Source of the DNA: a virus
Virus record (IMG/VR): IMGVR_UViG_3300043411_002794
Location: 128,195-192,194 of that record
Strand: one strand, 5' to 3'
Length of the DNA: 64,000 nucleotides
Shown: in pieces, positions 7,865-17,336 of the stretch
Numbering within the stretch: position 1 is the stretch's first letter
Layout: the number at the start of each line of letters is the position of its first letter
Program-made: the position numbers and the translations under genes
Notes under the pieces: model-generated
Databases searched by the model: none
Told to the model about the DNA's origin: nothing
What the model saw: only the letters and a program-made list of their open reading frames with translations

Positions 7865-10663
7865 TTAGATCACCAAATGCACGGCGAGGTTGTTGAGCGG
7901 TGCCGGGACTTCCAGGTCCAACACCACTTCCACGCGGTCCTTCAAGGTCGGGTGCTGCGTGAGTGAACGGATCGATCCGGAGATCAACTGACCGCCGATC
8001 TCATCGAGCGTGACCCGTTGAAGATCGTCGAGAATTGCTGTCAGCCGAGTACGAAGCAACCGCAGCAACGTCGGCGTGACGTTGGAACGGCCGATGAACA
8101 CCTTCAGTTGCCGATAAATGTAGCCTGAGATCGAATCCACGTTGCGGCGGACCGATTCCGAGCTGCGGTTGAGGTCGGTCGTGTCGGTCGTGACAGCCTT
8201 GAGGTTGTAGATCGTGCCGTCGCGATCTTGCACGACGACCCAGATACCGGCGTCCGACAAGTCTTCAAGCTGGCGGATGGTGAACAACCCGAGCGAACGG
8301 CTCAGATCGTCGAAGCCCGTCAGCGACGCATTGGTCAGCGGTGCATGCGGGGCAGCGCCGCTGATCTCGCCGGCCACGGCAGCGGCCACGTAGTAGCCGG
8401 AAACCGTTTGATCGGCGATACCGGCTTCGTCCGGCCAGATCGCGACCACGCGGCGGTTGCTGTAGGCGCCCGCCTGGGCCATGAGGTCGGCTTTGACTTC
8501 TTCCGACGTCAACGTGTGCACGATGCGGATCTTTTCCGCCTCGGTGATGGCCGCGCTGTGCCCCGTAGCCAGCACAAGCGTCTCTTCCGAGAGCACTTCG
8601 TCGACCAGGAATTCAAGCTTGGTTTCATCTCCGAAGCCGTCGACGCTGAACAAGTATTGCACGACGTCGCCGGCATCCACACCGTTGGTGATGAAATTGC
8701 CGTCGGCCGCCGTCAGCAACGTGTATTGCGTGCCGGTAGCGTTCGGGTTGTCGGCCAACGTGGCCAGGACTTCATCGCCGTCGTTGGTGTCCGGGCCGAC
8801 GAGGGTGGTGGTCGTCTTGCCTTGCAGCGCGGCGACAACGCCCTTCCAGTTGTTCGCGGTCGACGTGCTTTCGGCGTCGGCCTTATTGACGAACAGGCTG
8901 ATGATTTCAGCGCTGAACGTCAACGGCACGAAGTTGTACACATCGTCACGACCGTCGAGGATTGCGAGCGACGTGACCCACGAATCGACGTCATCCGGAT
9001 CGGCGACGCCGAGGATCTTGACGACCGTACCGCCCGAGTTGCCCCAGGCCTTGGATGCGGCGTACTTGAGCGGATTGCGCGGGTGCGTCGGTCCCGGGAT
9101 TGCCGCCAGGTCGGCGTCGCTGGAGACTTCGGTAACGCCGTCCGCGGCGGCTTCGAGCCATTCGCGGTAATCGACGTAGATGGTACCGCCGTGCACCGGC
9201 AGGGGTAGCGCGACGTTGTTGCTCGTCCACGTCGAGTGGTAGGCGGTGATGCCTTCCTGCAGACAGACCTGCGTCGCTTCGGTGTAGTAGTTCGTGAGCG
9301 GCGGTTCTTCCGGCCGCTTCTGCGAAACTTCGATGTTGTCCTTGATGAACAACTTCAAGTCGAGGTCCGCCAAGCTGCGAAGCTTGATCGGCAGGTCGTG
9401 CTTGAGGATCAGCTGGCGGACCGGGCCGGCCGCGGCGGCCGTGACCGTGATGTACCACTTGTCGCCCTTGCGGAGGCCGGCAACAGCGTCGGCACCGATC
9501 GACACGTCTGCGTCGCCGCCCTGCGAGCCGAAGAACGAGATCTCGACGCCGTGGGTGCCGATCGGGATAGCGAGATTGCCGTCCGTGACTTCCGTCGGGC
9601 CGGAGTAATCCAGGCCCTTGGCGGTGCGAACGGTGATTTCCGGCAGGTCTTCCCAGAGGCCGCCCTTGGTGCATTCCACGATCAGCACGTCGTTGACGGT
9701 GCCGTCGTACGTGCCGCTGGATAATGCGAGCACGGCTTCGAATGCTTGACGCACGGTAACGACCCAGGTCTGGCCTTCCTGGAAGTCGACCGGAGCCACG
9801 CCGTCGAGCGAGGCCGCCGAGCTGCAGCTGTCGGTACCGTCGTTGTTCCAGGTCACGTACAGGCCGCGGTCGCCGATGGCGGTCGGGGCGCCAAAGGCTT
9901 CCGGAATGAGTTCATCGACGTCGTCATTACCGCTGGCCGAGCGGACACGGAGCCGCATGGCACCGCAGCCCTGGATCGAACTGCGGACGACCGTGATGGT
10001 GTACTCTTCGGACACGTTGCCGTCGGCCAGGCCGCTGAACGCCGAGCCGTCGACCGTGGCGCCGACGCAGTTGGTCGGGCCGGCCGTCTTTTCGATGGTG
10101 GCCGTGGCCGTGACGGTGGCTTGGTTGCCGCTATCGACCCGCGCGTCGCCGACCTCGGAATCAACCAGCGAACTGGCAAAGCCCTTCACCGACGTTTCGT
10201 GGGTGACTTCTTCGCAAGCGCCGTCCGGATCGTAGACGCCGCGCAAATGCACGATGTCGTTGACGCGCACGTCGCGATCCTTGAAGACCGCGCTGCGGGG
10301 ATACCCCGAGCCGTTCTTCTTGAACGACAGCGAGTCGGATTCGATGCGGTTGGTGTAACCGTCGACGGCCGTGATGGTCGTCTTTTCGCCGACCAGATCT
10401 TCGTAGTACATCAGCAACGCGTCATCGAGGAACACGCGAACCGTGTCCACGTCGACCTTGCTGCCGGCGGTCCGGTCCGGCCAGTTGTAGCACTGATCTT
10501 CGGTGTAGTCGTATTCACCGACGTCGATGGTTTGTTTTTCGTCCGCCTCGCTGTAGCGATGCAGCTGGGCATTCGGACCAACCAGGCACGCGCGAAGCGG
10601 GGCCGTGATTTCGGTCGGGATGAGTTCGAACTCTTGGAAGATCAGGACCTGAGCGCGTGCCAT
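7865..10663 (-). CDS. Contractile tail sheath protein
   Basis: 932 aa; sheath-like C-terminus (ESVRRNVDSIS...FIGRSNVT...VEVVLDLEVPAPLNNLAVHLVI); acidic and Thr-rich. Confidence 0.85.
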   Translation of the reverse strand: MARAQVLIFQEFELIPTEITAPLRACLVGPNAQLHRYSEADEKQTIDVGEYDYTEDQCYNWPDRTAGSKVDVDTVRVFLDDALLMYYEDLVGEKTTITAVDGYTNRIESDSLSFKKNGSGYPRSAVFKDRDVRVNDIVHLRGVYDPDGACEEVTHETSVKGFASSLVDSEVGDARVDSGNQATVTATATIEKTAGPTNCVGATVDGSAFSGLADGNVSEEYTITVVRSSIQGCGAMRLRVRSASGNDDVDELIPEAFGAPTAIGDRGLYVTWNNDGTDSCSSAASLDGVAPVDFQEGQTWVVTVRQAFEAVLALSSGTYDGTVNDVLIVECTKGGLWEDLPEITVRTAKGLDYSGPTEVTDGNLAIPIGTHGVEISFFGSQGGDADVSIGADAVAGLRKGDKWYITVTAAAAGPVRQLILKHDLPIKLRSLADLDLKLFIKDNIEVSQKRPEEPPLTNYYTEATQVCLQEGITAYHSTWTSNNVALPLPVHGGTIYVDYREWLEAAADGVTEVSSDADLAAIPGPTHPRNPLKYAASKAWGNSGGTVVKILGVADPDDVDSWVTSLAILDGRDDVYNFVPLTFSAEIISLFVNKADAESTSTANNWKGVVAALQGKTTTTLVGPDTNDGDEVLATLADNPNATGTQYTLLTAADGNFITNGVDAGDVVQYLFSVDGFGDETKLEFLVDEVLSEETLVLATGHSAAITEAEKIRIVHTLTSEEVKADLMAQAGAYSNRRVVAIWPDEAGIADQTVSGYYVAAAVAGEISGAAPHAPLTNASLTGFDDLSRSLGLFTIRQLEDLSDAGIWVVVQDRDGTIYNLKAVTTDTTDLNRSSESVRRNVDSISGYIYRQLKVFIGRSNVTPTLLRLLRTRLTAILDDLQRVTLDEIGGQLISGSIRSLTQHPTLKDRVEVVLDLEVPAPLNNLAVHLVI

Positions 10664-10688
10664 GTATCAGCCTCCGTGCTGAGTCTTT

Positions 10689-11384
10689 TTAGCTAAAAAA
10701 GCCGTATGGGTTAAAGACGACCCGCTTCAACCTTGGAGCGTGCTCTGTCAGCTCCCACGCGTCTTCCGCCGTATACGCAAACGTAACCGGAACAGCGTAA
10801 TTCTTCTTGGACTCTTCGACTGCAGCCACTTCTCCGATGTCCACCGGAATGAAGCGATGCAGCCCTGTGTATTGTAGGATCGGATCCGTGTAGCGCTGCA
10901 AGGCCGAAACAGTCTCCCAGGCGAGCAACTCCGCTTCACCTGCCTTCTCGGCCAACGCGAACACTACCTGCGTACCAAACCATAAACCTGCAAACCGTTG
11001 CGTCCCCTCCAACAGATCTTCGCTGACTCTGTCTCCGATCCCCATTCGCTGGTAGTTCCAGCGGCCGCGTTTCAGGAGCAATGCCGGACGCTTCTCCGTC
11101 TTCTCCGGGTCCCACTTAACGGTCTGCTCGATCACCAAACCTGTATTGTCGGACGGCAGCCAGGCGCCCGCCTCAAATGCCGTCCGTAATTTGATCTCCT
11201 GCAGGTGAGTTGGATCGCAGTAGTGCTGGATCAGCAACTGCTGCAACACCCCGCTGATGAAAAACGGCTTCATCCCGTAGGAGCAAATCGGGCCGTGTCG
11301 TTCGACACGAACCTCGGGCTCGCTGCCTTCCGGGAAGATCGCTTCTACTTCATCGGGATTCTCGCCCTCACCACACGTACTCAT
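10689..11384 (-). CDS. Tail terminator/completion protein (probable)
   Basis: 231 aa, directly upstream of the sheath gene; size and position typical. Confidence 0.5.
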   Translation of the reverse strand: MSTCGEGENPDEVEAIFPEGSEPEVRVERHGPICSYGMKPFFISGVLQQLLIQHYCDPTHLQEIKLRTAFEAGAWLPSDNTGLVIEQTVKWDPEKTEKRPALLLKRGRWNYQRMGIGDRVSEDLLEGTQRFAGLWFGTQVVFALAEKAGEAELLAWETVSALQRYTDPILQYTGLHRFIPVDIGEVAAVEESKKNYAVPVTFAYTAEDAWELTEHAPRLKRVVFNPYGFFS

Positions 11385-11524
11385 GACCGGCCCTGCAGTG
11401 CCTGCCGAACAGCTTTCATGTCCGGCCGGAACTTATGGATACTGATCGTCTGACGGAGGGAGATCGGTTTCGCGCCTAAAGAACGGATGGCGGCTTGGCG
11501 ACCATCCTTGGTCGGTTTAGACAC
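11381..11524 (-). CDS. Small basic protein (47 aa)
   Basis: GTG at 11524 with AAAGGAG RBS; ATGA overlap with the next gene. Confidence 0.55.
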   Translation of the reverse strand: MSKPTKDGRQAAIRSLGAKPISLRQTISIHKFRPDMKAVRQALQGRS

Positions 11525-11583
11525 GAGCGACTCCTTTCGTTGGCGGATAAGATAAACGGTCCCAGCCGTAGGCTCAACGGCAT

Positions 11584-12747
11584 TTAAGGGTCCCAAATGT
11601 TCGACACGCTGCTGGAACTCCCGGCCGGCCGCTCCACAGTCAGGGTCACGCGGTCCGGTCCGAAGAAGCCCTGTTTGCGAAATACCAGCAAGTAATCGCC
11701 TGGATTCAGCAATAACGGCGCCGCCCAGTCGCCCGTAATAGACGTGGTCGTGGCAGCCACGGCCAGGGCAATTCGCGGGAGCGCCGGTTCGGCGGCGGTC
11801 GCATCAGATTGTTGAAAAGCAATCACGTCGGCATCGGCGATCGGGTCGCCCTCGGCATCCGTGTACCGAAAAGCCCCGGCCTCGCCGTAGTTGTGATCGA
11901 CCGTGACACAGCCGTCGCCGACACCGGGAAGTTGTTCTTCGGCCGGGCAATTGAACGTGTACGCCTTGTGCGAGTAGGGCAGCAATCCCATCGTCACCTC
12001 GACGACCAACGGCACGCCGCGGACTTCTGCTTTGTCGTCCGTTTCGTCGACGATGAAGGCTTCACCGCTACGGCCGTCAACCCAGATGTCGTTCTTCCGC
12101 AACATCGGGAAACTGAGGCAACGAGCTTTCTGAACTACGTCGTTGATCGAACCCCGCATCGCTATGTCGGTGCTCTCACGAGACATCCGCTGCGTGATGA
12201 ACTCCAGGCACAACGGGTAGGCCGGGTGATAGCCCTCCTGGACGCCGGTGCCGAAGCATTGCGGGCAGTTGGCGTCGGTGGTCTCGCCGGTGAGTTGGTC
12301 GCGGCACCGCGTGCACTTGGCCCCGTAATGCATCCGCTTGTAAAGCGAACCGGGCCGCCAGCTTTTCTTACGACCACGCAGTTGCTCTTTACGCAGGATC
12401 TCGCGAGCGATAATCAGGTCGGACTCGGTCAGTTCACCGAACACGGAGGCCGGCTGCGAGACGTAGATCCCGCGGCTCGACGTCAGGGCGACCCGGTACG
12501 TTGGGGACAGCGTCTTACCGAACGCCCGCTGGTCGTCGTCCACGGCCGTGAAGCCGTCTACCACCTCACTGCCGACGTTCTCCCAGCTGCGGGCGTTGGG
12601 AGCCCCATCGCGGCTCACCTGCAGCTGGAAGGTCAGCGGGCCGGGGTCGTTGAACCGCGGATCCAACCACCACCAGATGCGCGTCCCCCCGCGAACGACA
12701 TGGTCGATCAGGATCCGGCGGAACGGGAAGTCGTGTGTGTTGGGCAT
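11584..12747 (-). CDS. Neck/head-closure protein with CxxC...CxxCxGxG zinc finger
   Basis: CTRC...CPQCFGTG motif; between capsid and tail genes; start reassigned to MPNTHDF because the longer ORF runs into a terminator. Confidence 0.55.
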   Translation of the reverse strand: MPNTHDFPFRRILIDHVVRGGTRIWWWLDPRFNDPGPLTFQLQVSRDGAPNARSWENVGSEVVDGFTAVDDDQRAFGKTLSPTYRVALTSSRGIYVSQPASVFGELTESDLIIAREILRKEQLRGRKKSWRPGSLYKRMHYGAKCTRCRDQLTGETTDANCPQCFGTGVQEGYHPAYPLCLEFITQRMSRESTDIAMRGSINDVVQKARCLSFPMLRKNDIWVDGRSGEAFIVDETDDKAEVRGVPLVVEVTMGLLPYSHKAYTFNCPAEEQLPGVGDGCVTVDHNYGEAGAFRYTDAEGDPIADADVIAFQQSDATAAEPALPRIALAVAATTTSITGDWAAPLLLNPGDYLLVFRKQGFFGPDRVTLTVERPAGSSSSVSNIWDP

Positions 12748-12766
12748 GGGCGTAATAATGCCGTTT

Positions 12767-12778
12767 CTGATAGCTAAA
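12767..12778 (-). promoter_or_regulatory. CTGATAGCTAAA motif (copy 1), immediately downstream of a terminator
   Basis: Identical 12-mer at 53367..53378 in the same context. Confidence 0.4.
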
Positions 12779-12817
12779 GAAAAGGTGAACTCCCCGGCCG
12801 AAGCCGGGGTCACCTTT
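12778..12817 (-). terminator. Intrinsic terminator with UUCG loop
   Basis: GGTGA..CCCCGGC-CGAA-GCCGGGG..TCACC stem with an A-rich tract on its left (U tract on the - strand). Confidence 0.75.
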
Positions 12818-12912
12818 CCCTTCCGCCTATTAGTTGGCCGGTTTACTTCCGTTCATGAGCTGAACGGTACTCCCAGAGCACGCACCTCGTTAGGGCATTA
12901 GCGTGTTGGCAT

Positions 12913-13086
12913 TCAGTGTTTTACCGAGCGCGCCGCTTTGGCTTTGCCCGACACTTTCTCCCAGATGGTCTTGAGGGCTTTCGCCCACGCCTTACGGTCG
13001 CCACCCATAGCCGGAATTACACTGTAACCGGCCTCAGACGGACACAACAAACGCAAACACTGGACTGCCGCACAGGCAATCCTCAC
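12913..13086 (-). CDS. Possible 57-aa ORF with cationic amphipathic C-terminus
   Basis: GTG immediately after the TAG of the upstream gene, same frame; ends DRKAWAKALKTIWEKVSGKAKAARSVKH; not in the ORF track. Confidence 0.3.
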   Translation of the reverse strand: MRIACAAVQCLRLLCPSEAGYSVIPAMGGDRKAWAKALKTIWEKVSGKAKAARSVKH

Positions 13087-13482
13087 CTATCCCGGAGACC
13101 ACTCCGGCGGGCGTGGGATGTCGGGCATCTTCACGTCCGCCCCGACGGCGTCTACCAGGTACTCGCCGTCATACTCCCACTTGGACCGCACACGCCATTC
13201 GTATTCCCCGTTAATTCGGGAGAACGATCCGCGGGCCACGGCCCAGAGATATGCGGAAAACTTGCCGTTTATTTTCAACGAATAACTGCTCGTGACCTTA
13301 ACGCGATATCGTGCATCGCATTCCTCCCGCTCGTATTCTTCTTCGTCCAGTTCGATCACCACGGTGTGCCCCGCCGTGATGATCGCAGTCACGAGCATCA
13401 CGGCTGAAGCCATACAATTAGCCTCAACCAGATGACCTACACCCTCCGCGAGATCTGTAAGTTCTTCTGTTGCACAACTCAT
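13087..13482 (-). CDS. Hypothetical protein (131 aa)
   Basis: Start MSCATEEL with AAGAGG RBS. Confidence 0.6.
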   Translation of the reverse strand: MSCATEELTDLAEGVGHLVEANCMASAVMLVTAIITAGHTVVIELDEEEYEREECDARYRVKVTSSYSLKINGKFSAYLWAVARGSFSRINGEYEWRVRSKWEYDGEYLVDAVGADVKMPDIPRPPEWSPG

Positions 13483-13495
13483 GGAATCCTCTTGA

Positions 13496-13508
13496 GTAAT
13501 TAGAAACC
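13496..13508. promoter_or_regulatory. GTAATTAGAAACC intergenic motif (copy 1)
   Basis: Same 13-mer at 25569, 41676 and 56169, always just upstream of a gene start. Confidence 0.55.
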
Positions 13509-13602
13509 AACTAGCGACGACCGCGCTGTTCGCGATCGTCGCCGGGGCTGACTGCCGCCTGGCAAAGCCAAGCAACGAATATCAATCCGACAATGATCGC
13601 TT

Positions 13603-13818
13603 TTAGCATGGTCGTACCAGCCCAAGGATCTCATTCGTCGACAGGCTTTCGAGCCGGCCGATTTGTTCGCCGCGAACTTGGTTCGCTACGAACTGTCGCA
13701 GCAGGTCGGCCGGCACATGGACCGTCCGATCTGCTGAGTCTCGAATCGTCACGTCGCCCTGATAATCACCGTGGTGAAGTATCAGGGCCGTGCTACCGTG
13801 CAGCGTCGTGGTGTGCAT
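13603..13818 (-). CDS. Small hypothetical protein (~71 aa)
   Basis: C-terminal part of track ORF 13603..14160 (MHTTTLHG...); overlaps the upstream gene end by 26 nt. Confidence 0.4.
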   Translation of the reverse strand: MHTTTLHGSTALILHHGDYQGDVTIRDSADRTVHVPADLLRQFVANQVRGEQIGRLESLSTNEILGLVRPC

Positions 13819-14218
13819 CGGCACCCACCAGCTGCAAGCCGCCGTTGGCGTCAACATGCGCCGCCTTGGCTTCCGGTTTATTTTTTTGACCCCAGTTAGG
13901 AATCGGGTGCCCCGCTTCCGCGAGTTGCTGCTCGCCGGCATCACCGACCGAATCCCTACCCGCTTCCCGCTCTTGCTCCAGGACGCGAAGGGCGATGTCC
14001 TGGGCAAACGGTCCGAGGGCCACAGCGAACATTTCTTTGATCTCCGACTGCACCGGCATACGCGGTGCAAGCTGGCATACCGCTCGCACGGTAAAAATCC
14101 CAATCGCCATAATCGCGGCGAGCGCCAGTACACCCACCAACAAAACGATCTCGAAACCAACCGCGGTCAAATGTGCCGCTGTTTCGAGTCCGCGACGAAC
14201 ACGGGAAGTAATCTTCAT
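13793..14218 (-). CDS. Hypothetical membrane protein
   Basis: N-terminal hydrophobic helix; AAAGGAGA RBS after an AT-rich intergenic region. Confidence 0.65.
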   Translation of the reverse strand: MKITSRVRRGLETAAHLTAVGFEIVLLVGVLALAAIMAIGIFTVRAVCQLAPRMPVQSEIKEMFAVALGPFAQDIALRVLEQEREAGRDSVGDAGEQQLAEAGHPIPNWGQKNKPEAKAAHVDANGGLQLVGADAHHDAAR

Positions 14219-14306
14219 GCATCTCTCCTTTGAAAAGGTGGTACCGAAAAGCTATTTATCGGTCTACCTTATATGCCTGGAAAAACGCATGTTTTTAGCT
14301 GCTGAA

Positions 14307-15287
14307 TTAGCCTAAACGGCCGTACGGAGAGCTGATACCGCCGTAAAGCTGACTCCAGTTATCGGAAGACTTACGGCGCCGCGTAAAGTCGACCCAGTTC
14401 TGCCAGCGCGTCTGTGCGGCCCGCTCGTAGTTCATCTCGCGGTTCATGTCGTCGACGGCGATGCCGCCGGCCTGGTACTGCAGGTTGTTGGCCCGCTGGT
14501 GCTCGGCGATGAGCATGTAAAGCTGCCCGACGATCGCCTCCAGCCAGTGGAAGCGGTGCGGGAAGTTTTGCGTCGTGTAATGCCGGAGCGGCGGCGGTAC
14601 CTCATTCCAGTATTCGATCGGACGAGTGATCGCCATCGCGATTTCCGCGTCGTCGAACTTGATGTTGTCGAGCACGAAGTTTTCCTGCGGGCTCGAGTCG
14701 CGCAGGTGCAGCCGGATCTCGGCGATCGTAGGCGGCCCTCGCATCTTGCAGCGGCCATCGGCCGTAGAGATGCTGCGGTTGATGACCAGGTAGAACATGT
14801 TCGAGAACAAGACCTGCGGCGTCTCGCTGGTATGGTCGAGCACCTGGGCCTCGGCGAAGTAGACGCCGGGCAGGATCAGCTGTTCCGCAGAGATCGCAAA
14901 CTGCAGCTTGCCCGCCTCGGCTTCCACCAGCTCGCCGTAAACCTCATAGAGCTGCGCGGCACCGACGTTCTCGCGAAACTGCAGCCGATAATCCGGGCAG
15001 ACGCCGGACGACGCCGACGAGCTGCTGTTATCGCCGCATCCGCACGCGGTAAGATCGACCGGCCGTCCCTCGCGATCGAGCATCGTCCAGCCGACGGTGA
15101 CGGCCTGACCACCGGTTACGTAGACCGTACGCAGTCGCTGGGGGATAGGCTGCTGGTGCACGGTCGACAAGTTCGGGGCGACCGACGTTTGGTCGCTGCA
15201 GGGTACGGCGGCGGGCGCCGGTAGCGCGGCCTGGGCCTCGCAGCACGGGATCTGATCCGCGGCGGCCGGAGTTCCGATGACGGGCAT
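14307..15287 (-). CDS. Head-tail adaptor/neck protein with N-terminal Ig/BppU-like domain
   Basis: 326 aa; C-terminal IAEIRLHLRD...FDDAEI segment typical of connector proteins; follows the capsid operon. Confidence 0.55.
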   Translation of the reverse strand: MPVIGTPAAADQIPCCEAQAALPAPAAVPCSDQTSVAPNLSTVHQQPIPQRLRTVYVTGGQAVTVGWTMLDREGRPVDLTACGCGDNSSSSASSGVCPDYRLQFRENVGAAQLYEVYGELVEAEAGKLQFAISAEQLILPGVYFAEAQVLDHTSETPQVLFSNMFYLVINRSISTADGRCKMRGPPTIAEIRLHLRDSSPQENFVLDNIKFDDAEIAMAITRPIEYWNEVPPPLRHYTTQNFPHRFHWLEAIVGQLYMLIAEHQRANNLQYQAGGIAVDDMNREMNYERAAQTRWQNWVDFTRRRKSSDNWSQLYGGISSPYGRLG

Positions 15288-15319
15288 GAGCGACTCCTAG
15301 CAAAAGGCCGAGACATATG

Positions 15320-15352
15320 AAAAAAGCGACGACCCAAGACGGGTCGTCGCTT
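15320..15352 (-). terminator. Intrinsic terminator ending the capsid cluster
   Basis: AAGCGACGACCC-AAGAC-GGGTCGTCGCTT 12-bp stem with adjacent A run (U tract on the - strand). Confidence 0.8.
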
Positions 15353-15383
15353 CGCTTCTGGTCGGGATGAATCATGGCAATGT

Positions 15384-15746
15384 TTAGTTGCCTTCGTCCT
15401 CGTGGAAGTCCGACGACCCGCTCGAATCGTAGCAGGGGTCGACCGTACCGAGCACACCGTCGTTGACGGCGAGCATGCGGGTCTTGTCGGCCGTATCGTC
15501 GTAAATGAACATGCCGGGCGAGCTGACGAGCGTCAGCGAACCCCGCTTGAGCGACGCCTTCAACGCATTGAAGCGGCGCTTGCTGACCATGGCACCGAGA
15601 GTCGCAATGAGGTCGCCGGGCACGGCAAAGCTTTGACCGGAGGTCAGCCGCTTACCGCGGGGACCGAGGAACCCGAAGGTACGCTCGACGCCCGACGTGT
15701 TCTTCACGATCGTGTGCAGGCAGTCCGTAGAAACGATCTCACGCAT
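15384..15746 (-). CDS. Hypothetical virion protein (120 aa)
   Basis: Clean ORF with GGAG RBS in the capsid cluster. Confidence 0.7.
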   Translation of the reverse strand: MREIVSTDCLHTIVKNTSGVERTFGFLGPRGKRLTSGQSFAVPGDLIATLGAMVSKRRFNALKASLKRGSLTLVSSPGMFIYDDTADKTRMLAVNDGVLGTVDPCYDSSGSSDFHEDEGN

Positions 15747-15815
15747 GGCTTATTGGCTCCTACCGATTACTCGGCGAGGGAAGTGGCAATGGCTTCGGCG
15801 AACGTACGTCGAAGA

Positions 15816-16184
15816 CTAGGCAGCCGTCTGAGCGGCCTGCAGCATCAGGACGGCCTCGGCCAGATCCGGACGGTTGCGGGCGGCGCCGTGGGCGGCAGCC
15901 TTGACTTGGGTCGTAGTCGGGGCTGCAGCGACGCTGGCAACTCCGGCCGTCTTGAGCAGAGCTTCGATGCGCTTTCCGCCCTTTTCCAGCAGGCTGGCCT
16001 GCTTGGTCGGGGTGGCCGCGTAGACCTGAGCAAGCTGCTCGGCTTGCGTCAACATCGCGACGGCTTCTTGCTCCGTCTTCGGCACGATGCCGTAGTCGTT
16101 GGCAAGCTTTTCAAAGAACGCCGGCACGTGGACCTCGCGGTACAGCGTTGCAGAGGCGTTGTCGATTTCTTGTTGCGTGGGCAT
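15816..16184 (-). CDS. Hypothetical head-associated protein with KxA motifs
   Basis: 122 aa after the MCP; KQAS, KTAG, KAAA. Confidence 0.7.
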   Translation of the reverse strand: MPTQQEIDNASATLYREVHVPAFFEKLANDYGIVPKTEQEAVAMLTQAEQLAQVYAATPTKQASLLEKGGKRIEALLKTAGVASVAAAPTTTQVKAAAHGAARNRPDLAEAVLMLQAAQTAA

Positions 16185-16247
16185 GTGTCCCAGGTCCTAG
16201 CACAAAAAGACGAAAATGGTTTCGTGAACTCTCAAACGACCGAAAGC

Positions 16248-16273
16248 CCGCGCTGCACCGAAGTGCAGCGCGG
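16248..16273 (-). terminator. C-UUCG-G hairpin after the MCP
   Basis: CCGCGCTGCAC-CGAA-GTGCAGCGCGG 11-bp stem, 10 nt after the MCP stop; weak U tract. Confidence 0.6.
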
Positions 16274-16283
16274 ACTGGATCGG

Positions 16284-17234
16284 TTAAACGAAGTCGGCGC
16301 GAGCCAAGGCGTTGGTGTGACCGAACGCCATGCCGATCGTTTCGTAGCTGAAGTACTCGAGCATGTACGCCTCGCGGCGAATGTACATGGTCGTATCTTC
16401 AAGAGCGAAGTTTTTCCCGATCGTCTTCGGGTCTCCGAACATGAAGAACGACCCATCCGGGATCAGGCCGTCAATCGGATTGGAAGCCGAGCAACGCTTG
16501 ATGGTCACGATCCAGTCGCGATCCATGAAGCGGGTCAGGGCCCAACCGTTCTTGGCGATGTCTTGCGCCATGTCGCCGCCGATCTCGTCACGTCCCCACT
16601 TCATCATTTCCTTGATGGTGACGTTGTTGAGGAGGATCGTTGCCACTTCGAAGTGGCTCGGCGTCTTCGGCATGATGTTCAGCGCGTCAACGACCGTTTC
16701 GCGGGTGATCCCGCCTTCGATCGTTTCCCACTGCTTCACGCCCGAGAGCGGAACGATTTCGTCCGCACCCATCAGCACGGCGTTAAACGCCTGCACGAAT
16801 TTGCTGTCTTCTTCGGCCAACATGTCCTTGATCATGTTGTCGCTGAGGACCTGGCGGATGTCGTACGAGTACGTACGGAGCTGATCGACGTCCTTCGTCG
16901 CCCGCGGCGAAAGGATACGCGCGAAGCTGATGCGGTAGCGCGGTCCGCGGATGTAGAAGTTGATCGGCAACGAGGCGAAGCCCGCCGACACGGCTGCCGG
17001 GGAGTCCGGTTCCTTGTCGATGACCTTCACGGGGTTGTCGGTGTCGACCTGGCGATCCAACTCTTCGTTTTGGATCGTCAGCATGGGGATGATTTTGCGG
17101 GCGAAGCCGTCTTCACGCATTTTGGTACGCGTGTAGTCGTTGACGGCGTCGACGGCTTGCTTCTGCATCCCCGGGTTATCGAGTTGCTCAAAGAGCGTAT
17201 CGTTGAGCTGGCGGATTTGAGCTTGCGTCGGCAT
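16284..17234 (-). CDS. Major capsid protein (HK97/encapsulin-like fold)
   Basis: 316 aa; follows protease, scaffold and decoration genes; GGGAGG RBS; downstream hairpin; C-terminal P-domain-like strands (YMLEYFSYETIGMAFG). Confidence 0.8.
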   Translation of the reverse strand: MPTQAQIRQLNDTLFEQLDNPGMQKQAVDAVNDYTRTKMREDGFARKIIPMLTIQNEELDRQVDTDNPVKVIDKEPDSPAAVSAGFASLPINFYIRGPRYRISFARILSPRATKDVDQLRTYSYDIRQVLSDNMIKDMLAEEDSKFVQAFNAVLMGADEIVPLSGVKQWETIEGGITRETVVDALNIMPKTPSHFEVATILLNNVTIKEMMKWGRDEIGGDMAQDIAKNGWALTRFMDRDWIVTIKRCSASNPIDGLIPDGSFFMFGDPKTIGKNFALEDTTMYIRREAYMLEYFSYETIGMAFGHTNALARADFV

Positions 17235-17336
17235 GGTCGAAATGACCTCCCTGTCTTACGGTTGGCAGCCCCGTCTCCCCGGGGCTGAAACATACAAAAT
17301 GGAACAACGAACACGAACAACCGCCCAAACGCGACC

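Noticed and set aside
10686-10696. TTTAGCTAAA palindrome as a third copy of the TAGCTAAA motif
   Set aside because: It is formed by the last codons and stop of a gene (FS*) and lacks the CTGA prefix.
13087-13089. Possible genome-wide TAG recoding (in-frame ORF continues after an amber stop)
   Set aside because: Long genes are intact under code 11, and several genes (e.g. 14307, 18493, 41698) end at TAG with normal downstream spacing.
17265-17287. CAGCCCC/GGGGCTG hairpin upstream of the MCP as a terminator
   Set aside because: No U tract follows on the coding strand; at most a processing or stability element.
15402-17288. 628-aa + strand ORF
   Set aside because: Spans the MCP, a hairpin and two other - strand genes in antisense; shadow ORF.
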